DNA of 64,000 nt, from assembly GCA_964494385.1 (NCBI GenBank), contig CAZBSE010000001.1, positions 292 to 64,291 of the forward strand. Direction: 5' to 3'. Positions 1 through 7,796 of the stretch are shown here, one piece after another. Each line of letters opens with the position of its first letter. Positions within the stretch are counted from its first letter, which is position 1. This stretch comes from an uncultured Actinomycetota bacterium (GTDB lineage: Bacteria > Actinomycetota > Humimicrobiia > Humimicrobiales > Humimicrobiaceae). Position numbers and translations under genes: made by a program. The notes beneath the pieces were generated by a model that was given only the letters and a program-made list of their open reading frames with translations, was not told the DNA's origin and ran no database searches.

Positions 1-19
1 TAATTCTTAATAATTTAAC

Positions 20-1237
20 ATGATGACATCTGTAAGAAAGCAAAAAACAATCAAACAAATAAACAGAAAAATCATATTAAATCTTCTGCGCAATTCAGGA
101 GAATTGTCCATATCCGAACTTTCAAAAAAGGTAAATCTTAGTAAACCGACTTTAATGAAAATAATGAATTACTATATAAAAAAAGGGCTTGTTATTATTG
201 CAGGTAAGGGCAGTTCAACTGATGAAGGCGGTAAGAAGCCTAATATCTATAAATTCAATGGAAATGGAGGGTACGCTGTAGGAATAACTATATCAGCCAA
301 TAAGCTGCTTGCGGTGATTACTAATTTAAAAAGTGAAATTCTGGATAAAATATCCATAGAATTGAAAACAGATGAGAATTTCAGCAGTGTTTTAAAGAAA
401 ATAATTGATTCATATAATTATCTTATTGAAAATAATAAAATAAACAGAAAAAAAATTACTGGTCTGGCAATAGGGGCTTACGGGATTACCGATTTCTCGA
501 AAGGAAAAGTTATTTTTTCTCCTCACTTTCCGTCATGGGGGAAAAATCTGGAATTGAAGAAGGAAATTGAAGAAAAAATACCCGATAGAATACCCGTTTT
601 TATTGATAACCATATCAGATACCAGGTTTTTGCTGAAAAAAATTTAGGACTGGCCAGAGAGATAGACAATGTTGTTGCCATTCAGGCAGGTAAGGGACTG
701 GTTGCGGGAATAATAATAGAAAATGAAATTAAAAGAGGCAATAACTCCTTGATTGGTGAAATAGGACATATGATAGTAGATCCTGAATCAACGGAAATAT
801 GTGCATGCGGCGGAAAAGGCTGTTTCGAAGTAATGGTATCAACAGATAGAATACTAAAGCTGTCTAAAGAAAATTATAAAGAATATCCGGATTCTATTAT
901 TTTTAATGGCGGTATGCCTGAAAAAGTGGATATCTACGATATATTTTATGCATCAAATAAAGGGGATAAACTCGCATTAATTCTGATGGATGAAATAATT
1001 AACTGGTTCGGAATTGGCATTTCTAATATTATTCTTATGTATGACCCACAAATCATAATCATTCAGGGAATTTTTACAAAAGCAGGAAAACATTTCCTTG
1101 ATAGCATAAGAAAAAAGATTAATGAAATTTCATTATTTTCCATAAAAAGGGAGACTGAAATTAAATATTCCGAACTCGGTGATAAAGCCGGGGTACTGGG
1201 AGCTGCATGTTATGTGCTGTCAAATTATTTTAAATAA
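20..1237 (+). CDS. ROK-family transcriptional regulator
   Basis: 405-aa ORF. N-terminal winged HTH (ISELSKKVNLSKPTLMKIMNYY). ROK zinc motif GHMIV..CACGGKGCFE. Directly upstream of a sugar-type ABC importer. Confidence 0.85.
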   Translation: MMTSVRKQKTIKQINRKIILNLLRNSGELSISELSKKVNLSKPTLMKIMNYYIKKGLVIIAGKGSSTDEGGKKPNIYKFNGNGGYAVGITISANKLLAVITNLKSEILDKISIELKTDENFSSVLKKIIDSYNYLIENNKINRKKITGLAIGAYGITDFSKGKVIFSPHFPSWGKNLELKKEIEEKIPDRIPVFIDNHIRYQVFAEKNLGLAREIDNVVAIQAGKGLVAGIIIENEIKRGNNSLIGEIGHMIVDPESTEICACGGKGCFEVMVSTDRILKLSKENYKEYPDSIIFNGGMPEKVDIYDIFYASNKGDKLALILMDEIINWFGIGISNIILMYDPQIIIIQGIFTKAGKHFLDSIRKKINEISLFSIKRETEIKYSELGDKAGVLGAACYVLSNYFK

Positions 1238-1300
1238 TTTCTTATTTTTAACATAAAAATATAAAAAATCAAAGGAGGGGAGTATATATGAGTAAAAAAA

Positions 1301-1347
1301 AGAGATTTGTTTAATTTTCGCGAAAGACCTATATTAAACAAATCTCT
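1301..1347. promoter_or_regulatory. Nested inverted repeat, candidate operator for the ROK regulator
   Basis: Perfect 14-bp arms AGAGATTTGTTTAA (1301-1314) and TTAAACAAATCTCT (1334-1347). They enclose a second perfect palindrome, TTTCGCGAAA. Located between the ROK gene and the ABC operon. Confidence 0.45.
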
Positions 1348-1385
1348 GCTACATTTTATCAAAAATAAAATCTAGTTAAAAGGAG

Positions 1386-2747
1386 ATGAGTAAAGTGAAA
1401 AAAATATTAATTCTTGGGTTAACCGCAATTTTTATGGTTTCAATTCTATTTATTGGGACTTCCTGTAAGGAAGAAGCTGTAGAAGAAGAAGCTGTAGTAG
1501 AAGCGGAAGAAACCGAAGAACCAGTAGCAGAAGCAGAAGAAGAAGTAGTATCAGCGGAGCCGGTTACCGTTACATGGTGGCATATCCAGACAGAAGAAAC
1601 TCAGAAAGCTTTGTGGCAAGATTTAGCTGACCAGTATATGGCTGAAAATCCAAATGTTACCATTGAGATTACAGTTTTGGAAAATGAAAACTTCAAAGCA
1701 AAAATGTCAACAGTTATGCAGACTGGCGAAGTACCGGATATTTTCCAGAGCTGGGGTGGCGGTACAATGAATGATCAAGCTGTAGCAGGTCTACTTAGAG
1801 ATATTACAGCAGAACTTGCCACAGACGGCTGGGGCGATACATTCTCACCAGGTGCTCTGGGTGTTTATGCCTATGACGGAGTAAACTATGGTGTGCCGAG
1901 AGACATGGGAATGGTTGGTTTCTGGTATAATACGGAATTATTTGCCGAGGCAGGAATTGATAGTGCACCTACAACCTGGGCTGAGCTTCTTGAAGATGTT
2001 CAGACACTAAAAGATGCCGGTATTACTCCGATTGCCGTTGGTGCAGGAGATAAATGGCCGGCTGCTTTCTGGTGGGAATATCTTTGCGTACGTATAGGCG
2101 GCCAGGCAGCTTTTCTTGCAGCTGAGTCAAGAGAAGGTTCCTTCACTGATGCTCCATTTGTAGAAGCAGGTGAAAAAATTCTGGAACTGGTTGATTTAAA
2201 CGCATTCCAGGATGGTTTCCTTGGTTCAACCTGGGGAGATGAAGGTACTCTGATGGGTAACGGAGAAGCCGCTATGGACCTTATGGGACAATGGGCTCCT
2301 GGTTCATTCAGAGAAAACAGTGCTGATGGTACTGGACTGGATGGTAAAATAGGATGGTTCCCATTCCCAATGGTTGAAGGTGGAGCAGGCGGTGCATCCG
2401 ATGGATTAGGCGGAGGCAATGGATTTGTAGTTGGTGCAAACGCCCCGGATGCAGCTGTAGATTTTCTGAAATATATAAGCAGTGTGGAGTCACAGACAGC
2501 ACAGGCTGAAATAGGTATGTCTGTTCCTGTTGTAGCAGGTGCTGAAGTTGGACTTACTGATCCGACACTTGTATTGGTTCAGGAGGGTGCAGCAGCTGCT
2601 GGGTATTTCCAGCTGTACTACGATCAGTATCTTCCACCGGCAATGGGCTCTGTAGTAAATGATGCCGTTCAGGCAATTTTTGCTAAAACAATGACACCGG
2701 AGGAAGCTGCTCAAATGGTTGAAGATTCAGCAGCTGAGAACTTGTAA
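1386..2747 (+). CDS. ABC transporter substrate-binding lipoprotein (family-1 extracellular solute-binding protein, CUT1-type sugar uptake)
   Basis: 453-aa ORF. Signal peptide ending IGTSC, followed by an acidic E/A/V-rich linker and an SBP_bac_1-like body. AGGAG at 1381-1385 abuts the ATG, so GTG at 1395 is the more likely start. Confidence 0.85.
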   Translation: MSKVKKILILGLTAIFMVSILFIGTSCKEEAVEEEAVVEAEETEEPVAEAEEEVVSAEPVTVTWWHIQTEETQKALWQDLADQYMAENPNVTIEITVLENENFKAKMSTVMQTGEVPDIFQSWGGGTMNDQAVAGLLRDITAELATDGWGDTFSPGALGVYAYDGVNYGVPRDMGMVGFWYNTELFAEAGIDSAPTTWAELLEDVQTLKDAGITPIAVGAGDKWPAAFWWEYLCVRIGGQAAFLAAESREGSFTDAPFVEAGEKILELVDLNAFQDGFLGSTWGDEGTLMGNGEAAMDLMGQWAPGSFRENSADGTGLDGKIGWFPFPMVEGGAGGASDGLGGGNGFVVGANAPDAAVDFLKYISSVESQTAQAEIGMSVPVVAGAEVGLTDPTLVLVQEGAAAAGYFQLYYDQYLPPAMGSVVNDAVQAIFAKTMTPEEAAQMVEDSAAENL

Positions 2748-2772
2748 TAATAATTATTCAAGTTTTCTATGG

Positions 2773-2804
2773 ACGGGGATTGGATCTAAAGACCCAATCC
2801 CCGT
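2773..2804 (+). other. Intercistronic stem-loop after the binding-protein gene
   Basis: ACGGGGATTGG (2773-2783) pairs with CCAATCCCCGT (2794-2804) around a 10-nt loop. No U-tract follows. This looks like an mRNA-stabilising or partial-termination hairpin, as is common after SBP genes. Confidence 0.5.
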
Positions 2805-2932
2805 AATAATTAACAGTACAAAAAAATTAAAATAAAAGATAAAATGTACATAGTAGGAGGTTTATTATAAAATCATTTAAAAGAATCAAACCTCGTAGTA
2901 TTTCAATAGAAAGAATAAAAGTTTTTTTATTC

Positions 2933-3775
2933 TTGATCCCTGCTGCAGCTCTTATATCGATTTTCCTGGTATATCCCATAATACGGTGCGGTTATTTCAG
3001 CACATTTGACTGGAATGGCATGGGTCCTGCCGAAGATTTTATAGGAATGGGAAATTTTTTAAAAATATTTGCGGATAAAGTTTTTTTGAAAGCTGTAGGT
3101 AACAGTTTTATTATTGTTGCACTTTCTTTAGCAATACAACTCCCCCTGGCTATGGTTCTTGCTCTTATGGTCGGACGTAAAATACGCGGCCGTGGATTCT
3201 ATAGGACAGTGTTTTTTATGCCCTATGTTCTGTCTGAGGCTATTACAGCTGTTATGTTTAGAATTCTTTACAATCCTGAAGCAAGTAGAGGATTTATAAA
3301 TGCAGTATTTCAAGCGCTTGGGCTGGAGACTCAAGCCTGGTTGGGCAATACAAAACTGGTCCTATTTTCAATATTTATGGTACTGACCTGGAAATATATA
3401 GGGTTCCACATGCTTTTATATATAACAGGACTGCAAAATATTCCAAGAGATATTGAAGAAGCTGCTTTAATCGATGGTGTAACAAAACGCCAGATGATAA
3501 CACATATAACTTTACCTTTAGTAATGGGCACGGTAAGAACATCAGTATATTTGTCAGTTCTTGGTTCGCTGCAGGTCTTTGCGATTGTATGGATTATGAC
3601 TAAAGGTGGCCCGGTCAATGCCAGTGAGATCTTATCAACTTATATGTATCGTTTTAGTTTTGTACGATTTCAACTTGGATATGGTGCAGCTATAGCAATA
3701 ATGATGTTGATTATTGCACTTATTTTTTCGATAATCTACAGGGGTTTTATGCGCAGAACAGAATATATAGCATAG
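2933..3775 (+). CDS. ABC transporter permease (MalF/UgpA-like, CUT1)
   Basis: Multi-TM protein with an EAA-type loop (IPRDIEEAALIDG). The TTG at 2933 falls inside TM1. The frame is open from 2843 and AGGAGG lies at 2855-2860, so the true start is probably ATT/ATA at 2864-2869. Confidence 0.85.
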   Translation: MIPAAALISIFLVYPIIRCGYFSTFDWNGMGPAEDFIGMGNFLKIFADKVFLKAVGNSFIIVALSLAIQLPLAMVLALMVGRKIRGRGFYRTVFFMPYVLSEAITAVMFRILYNPEASRGFINAVFQALGLETQAWLGNTKLVLFSIFMVLTWKYIGFHMLLYITGLQNIPRDIEEAALIDGVTKRQMITHITLPLVMGTVRTSVYLSVLGSLQVFAIVWIMTKGGPVNASEILSTYMYRFSFVRFQLGYGAAIAIMMLIIALIFSIIYRGFMRRTEYIA

Positions 3776-3788
3776 AAAGGATTGATTT

Positions 3789-4646
3789 ATGTCAGATGAC
3801 AGTGCTAAAAAAAGAACGAGATTAAAGGAACGCATTACGGGAGTTTTAAAATATGCCATTCTTACAATAGCTTTAATTCTCATTCTTACACCGATTGTAA
3901 TTATTGTATTTGGGGGATTAAAGACACGCGGTGAGTTTATGACAATTCCTTACATTCCCCCCATACCACCAAGATTGCAAAATATTTTAAGAATTTTAAG
4001 TATGCAGGATTTCTGGTATATGATGCGCAATAGTTTGGTTGTAACAATATCAGCTACGGTTGGAATAGTAGTTGTTTCTTCTATGTCGGCTTTTGTATTT
4101 TCACGTATGAATTTCAAAGGTAAAGCTGTTCTATTTCAATTTTTTACCCTAGGACTTATGTTCCCAGCCACAGTAGCCATTTTACCAATATTCATTATAG
4201 TAAGGCAGATAGGTTTACAAAATAATCTGATAGGGGTAATACTGGTACTAACAACATTTCAGATTTCTATGTCAACTGTAATTCTTCGCAATTTTTTTAT
4301 GAATATTCCTTCAGAACTTCAGGATGCTGCCTGTATAGATGGCTGCAATACAATTGGATTTTTCTGGCGTATTTTAATACCTCTTGCTCGTCCTTCGCTG
4401 GCTGCAGTGGCAGCATTAGCTGTTGTTAACACTTGGAACGATTTATTGGTAGCACTGGTTCTGATAGATAATGAAAAATTATGGACACTGCAGCTTGGAA
4501 CAATGCAATTTCAGGGCCAATATGGGCAGGATTTATCTCTGGTGTCAGCATTCCTTATATTAGCAGCTATACCTGCTGTTGTGTTCTATATATTTGCCCA
4601 GCGTCATATTGTTTCAGGTCTTACAGCAGGTTCTATTAAAGGATAG
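3789..4646 (+). CDS. ABC transporter permease (MalG/UgpE-like, CUT1)
   Basis: 285-aa multi-TM ORF with an EAA loop (IPSELQDAACIDG). No ATPase gene is in the operon, which is typical for CUT1 systems. Confidence 0.85.
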   Translation: MSDDSAKKRTRLKERITGVLKYAILTIALILILTPIVIIVFGGLKTRGEFMTIPYIPPIPPRLQNILRILSMQDFWYMMRNSLVVTISATVGIVVVSSMSAFVFSRMNFKGKAVLFQFFTLGLMFPATVAILPIFIIVRQIGLQNNLIGVILVLTTFQISMSTVILRNFFMNIPSELQDAACIDGCNTIGFFWRILIPLARPSLAAVAALAVVNTWNDLLVALVLIDNEKLWTLQLGTMQFQGQYGQDLSLVSAFLILAAIPAVVFYIFAQRHIVSGLTAGSIKG

Positions 4647-4776
4647 TAATCTCTTTAATAAAGAAAGATTTTAGATTGAAAAGGGGAGTGGTTAAATCAA
4701 ATTTAAGGCATTTAATAATTTTTATTTCAATTAATATTTTTTTAAGAAATAAAGGTATAATTTAAAAAACAATCTA

Positions 4777-4804
4777 ACTTCCGATAATATATATTATGTA
4801 AACT
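4777..4804 (+). other. dif: dif, the XerC/XerD chromosome-dimer resolution site
   Basis: ACTTCCGATAA-TATATA-TTATGTAAACT. This is 26/28 identical to the B. subtilis dif site as I remember it. It lies in the gap between convergent genes, at the gene-strand switch. Confidence 0.85.
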
Positions 4805-4850
4805 TGAACTGTTTTTGTTATTTCTTTCTTTTTTTATTTATTTTATTTAT

Positions 4851-5414
4851 TCATGATCTGATTATTACAGCAGGGCTCCCTGCCGCAACACAATTAGGCG
4901 GCAGTGATTTTAAAACTAATGAATGAGCACCCACAACTGTATTGTCTCCAATTTTTACAGGGCCAAGTATCGTAACATTTGTATATAATATTACATTATC
5001 CCCAATAACAGGATATCCTGGTATACCGTGATGAAAAATAGAGTGACCCAGACCTCCAAGAGTGACATTTGAAAAGATGCTTACATTTTTACCGATTCTT
5101 ACTCCCCTGCCGATAACAACACCGGAAGTGTGCCATATCCTGCACCCTGAATCAATATTAGCTCCCGGATCAATCTCTGCACCGTTAAAAAATAAATTTA
5201 ATCTACTCAAGAATTCTGCGAGAAGAACCAATTTTAATTTATAAATCCTATGATAGAACCTGTAGAAAATTAAAGCCTGAACTCCTGGTTTAACCACAAG
5301 TATTCTGAATGCGCCCCATATGCCAGGTTTCCCCTTAAGGGTACCATATTTACTAAAAAGAGTCCTTATATCGCCTTTTAAATTACCTTCCTTATTATTT
5401 TTTTCGCTTTTCAT
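4851..5414 (-). CDS. Serine O-acetyltransferase-family hexapeptide-repeat acyltransferase
   Basis: 187 aa. Left-handed beta-helix repeats and a CysE-like core (GAEIDPGANIDSGCRIWHTSGVVIGRGVRIGKNVSIFSNVTLGG). No SATase N-terminal domain. Confidence 0.6.
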   Translation of the reverse strand: MKSEKNNKEGNLKGDIRTLFSKYGTLKGKPGIWGAFRILVVKPGVQALIFYRFYHRIYKLKLVLLAEFLSRLNLFFNGAEIDPGANIDSGCRIWHTSGVVIGRGVRIGKNVSIFSNVTLGGLGHSIFHHGIPGYPVIGDNVILYTNVTILGPVKIGDNTVVGAHSLVLKSLPPNCVAAGSPAVIIRS

Positions 5415-5516
5415 TTTATTAAGATAAAAGAAACTTAAGCAGTAAAAATAAAGTGATTCTAATTAAAAATTTCTAAATAATAAAAATATTTCATTAATTA
5501 TTTAATACCAAAAAGA

Positions 5517-5918
5517 TTATTTATTTAAATATTTAAATAACAAACTGTTATAATCTTTCTTGTAAAATAATTTTATATTAATCTCAGGATATAATTTCCT
5601 AAGTTTTTTTATCTTATAATTTTTCTTGGTAACCAATTTTTGATTCAGGGTTGTAAGCTCTATATACAAATCAATATCAGGAAGATAAAAATCAGGAGTA
5701 AAACTTAGCTCAGGATTTTCTTCTTTATCAAAGCTGATAACAAAGGTCCTGGGTTCATATTCCCATCTTATTCTATAGAAATCCAGAATTTTTGAAAATT
5801 CCTTTTCACTTTTATGTGCAAATATTATATTTTCGGCATTTTTAAACTTGTTATCGAGCCTGTTATTCTTGTTTAAATTTTTTCTTATTTTTAGCAATTT
5901 ATTTGCCATAAAGCCCAA
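5517..5918 (-). CDS. Hypothetical protein, possible PD-(D/E)xK-like (TnsA/Vsr-like) fold
   Basis: 133 aa and very basic. The pattern SEKEF..WEYEP..FTPDFYLPDIDLYIELT resembles restriction-endonuclease-like cores, but the motif lysine is replaced by T. Confidence 0.3.
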   Translation of the reverse strand: MGFMANKLLKIRKNLNKNNRLDNKFKNAENIIFAHKSEKEFSKILDFYRIRWEYEPRTFVISFDKEENPELSFTPDFYLPDIDLYIELTTLNQKLVTKKNYKIKKLRKLYPEINIKLFYKKDYNSLLFKYLNK

Positions 5919-5928
5919 AAATCTTTAA

Positions 5929-6417
5929 TTATTTATTTATAATTGTTTTAATATTATTCCTACTATTTTCTTCAATACCATTACTATTTAGAAATTTTTC
6001 TATATCACCATTAAGATCCAGATACACCTTTCCCAGAGCAATACCAAAAACACCCTGGCCGCTTTTTAAAGTGTCTATGATTGCTCTATCGGAATCACAG
6101 GCATAAACAGTATTTCCGTCTGATAAAAGGGTTACTTTTAAAAATCCGTTTTTGCCGTCGTCACAGTCGTCTAAATATTTTTTTGTTTTTCTTAACTTCT
6201 GCAGGCTTATACCAGCCTCAAGTAATTTTTTAACAACTTTTAATTTCATTAAATCATTAAAACTGTACATTCTCCTTGTCCCATAACCACCTGCTACACC
6301 TATAGAAGGCTTTATAAAATCGGTCCTGTCATAATAATCCAGCTGTTTATAAGTTATACCGATTATATTGCACACATCAACGGAGCCGTAAAACTTCTTT
6401 ATTATGTTGTTTATCAT
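5929..6417 (-). CDS. MerR-family transcriptional regulator
   Basis: 162 aa. N-terminal MerR HTH (VCNIIGITYKQLDYYDRTDFIKPS...RRMYSFNDLMKLKVVKKLLEAGISL). Confidence 0.8.
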   Translation of the reverse strand: MINNIIKKFYGSVDVCNIIGITYKQLDYYDRTDFIKPSIGVAGGYGTRRMYSFNDLMKLKVVKKLLEAGISLQKLRKTKKYLDDCDDGKNGFLKVTLLSDGNTVYACDSDRAIIDTLKSGQGVFGIALGKVYLDLNGDIEKFLNSNGIEENSRNNIKTIINK

Positions 6418-6430
6418 AATGACACCTTAA

Positions 6431-6458
6431 TTACATCAATGTAATTACATCAATGTAA
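6431..6458 (-). promoter_or_regulatory. Tandem palindromic operator, 2 x TTACAT-CA-ATGTAA
   Basis: The 14-bp palindrome TTACATCAATGTAA occurs twice back to back, 14-41 nt upstream of the MerR start. It begins immediately after the predicted -10 box. Confidence 0.5.
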
Positions 6459-6486
6459 TTTTAAAATTTAAACATATTAAAGTCAA
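6458..6486 (-). promoter_or_regulatory. Sigma-70-type promoter for the MerR gene
   Basis: On the minus strand: TTGACT (6481-6486), a 17-nt spacer, then TAAAAT (6458-6463). AAGGTG RBS precedes the ATG. Confidence 0.45.
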
Positions 6487-6586
6487 TAGCACTGTCTGCT
6501 ATAAAAATAATAATATATTTTATTAAATTTAAAGTTTTGATTTGCTTACTGTATGATTTTAAAAGAAATTCTTGTAAAAAGCGGTT

Positions 6587-7093
6587 CTATTTACTCTTGA
6601 AATCTTCGGGGCTCACATTATTGAGGAAATCCTTAAATTTTTCAATTTCTTCGTCGATAGATTGTATCTTTAATCCACTTGATTTAAGGACATGCTCTGC
6701 CACATATATATCACATTTGGTCCTGACTGCAGCAGCAATAGCATCAGACGGTCTTGAATCTATCCTGATAATTTTTTTATCAGTATTTTTAATATTTATA
6801 ATGGCATAGAATGTATTATCCTTAATATCTGTTATCTCGATATTATTAATAATTATATTCAAATTTTTTATAATGTTAATAATTAAGTCATGAGTCATGG
6901 GTCTTGGAGTCTTTATGTTAGACAATTCAAGAGCTATTGCAGACGCTTCAAAAGGCCCTATCCATATTGGAAGGTACCTGTTGCCCTTTTCTTCCTTTAA
7001 AAGCAAAATAGGCTTATTTGAAGGTATTTCTATTCTAACACCTTCCAGGGTCATTTTAATTAAACTGCAATCTTTTCTATTTTTCATTATCAA
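6587..7093 (-). CDS. Bifunctional nuclease family protein (DUF151/BFN) with a UVR-like C-terminal tail
   Basis: 168 aa. Matching segments: LLLKEEKGNRYLPIWIGPFEASAIALEL, TPRPMTHDL, DSRPSDAIAAAVR. C-terminal EEIEKFKDFL. Confidence 0.8.
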   Translation of the reverse strand: MIMKNRKDCSLIKMTLEGVRIEIPSNKPILLLKEEKGNRYLPIWIGPFEASAIALELSNIKTPRPMTHDLIINIIKNLNIIINNIEITDIKDNTFYAIINIKNTDKKIIRIDSRPSDAIAAAVRTKCDIYVAEHVLKSSGLKIQSIDEEIEKFKDFLNNVSPEDFKSK

Positions 7094-7172
7094 TGGAATT
7101 ATATGTTAAAATCAAGCCAATTATATAACACATGGGTATATAAATCGATGAACCAAGGATTTGTTTTAATTC

Positions 7173-7775
7173 TTAAACACTGGAACTGTTTTTCAAAGAC
7201 TCGACGTCTCTGGTTACCGCATCCAGTTTCAATTCATAAATTGATTGGAGGTTCCTGAATTTCTGTTTATAGTCCAGGCCATATCCCACTATATATTTCT
7301 CCCCTATTTTAAAGCCAATATATTTTATATCAATATCTGCAATTCTTCTCACATCCCTGTCCAGCAAGGTACATATTCTCAGGCTTTCAGGAAATCTTGA
7401 TCTAAGATTTCTAAGCAGATAACTTATGGTAAGTCCCGTATCAATAATATCCTCTACAATAAGCACATCTGTGCCTTCTATGGATTCATCAAGATCTTTT
7501 GTAATTCTAACCACTCCCGTTGAAGTTCCATCAATACCGTAAGATGAAATGCTCATAAAATCAATACTCAGAGGAAGGTCAATCTGTTTTATAAGGTCCG
7601 ATAAAAAAATAACTCCGCCCCTTAGTATGCTGACCAAGAGTAGATTTTTCTGCTTATAATCCTTTGTAATTTCTTTTCCCAGCTCGGAAATTCTTTTTCT
7701 AATATCACATTCGGAGAATAATACTTTTCCCAAAATATTACTTTTTATTAATTCTTTTTCAGTTTTATCATTCAA
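7173..7775 (-). CDS. hpt: Hypoxanthine phosphoribosyltransferase
   Basis: PRPP-binding motif VLIVEDIIDTGLT and C-terminal YIVGYGLDYKQKFRNL. Confidence 0.9.
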   Translation of the reverse strand: MNDKTEKELIKSNILGKVLFSECDIRKRISELGKEITKDYKQKNLLLVSILRGGVIFLSDLIKQIDLPLSIDFMSISSYGIDGTSTGVVRITKDLDESIEGTDVLIVEDIIDTGLTISYLLRNLRSRFPESLRICTLLDRDVRRIADIDIKYIGFKIGEKYIVGYGLDYKQKFRNLQSIYELKLDAVTRDVESLKNSSSV

Positions 7776-7796
7776 AATATAGATAATCTATTTATT

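Noticed and set aside
1246-1273. TTTTAACATAA resembles the reverse complement of a XerD-binding arm, on the far side of the GC-rich ABC cassette. This raised the possibility of a dif-flanked IMEX element.
   Set aside because: Only one arm matches. The spacer and the other arm do not. The orientation is inverted relative to dif at 4777, whereas IMEX flanks are direct repeats. The 11-mer is unremarkable in AT-rich DNA.
2000-2714. Three antisense ORFs (139, 64 and 74 aa) inside the binding-protein gene
   Set aside because: The translations are low-complexity and Pro/Ser/Ala-rich. The ORFs lie entirely within a well-supported SBP gene. They are the expected by-product of locally higher GC, which gives fewer stop codons.
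6431-6458. Tandem repeat as a possible mini CRISPR or satellite
   Set aside because: There are only two 14-bp units, no spacers and no cas genes. The position at a promoter fits an operator.
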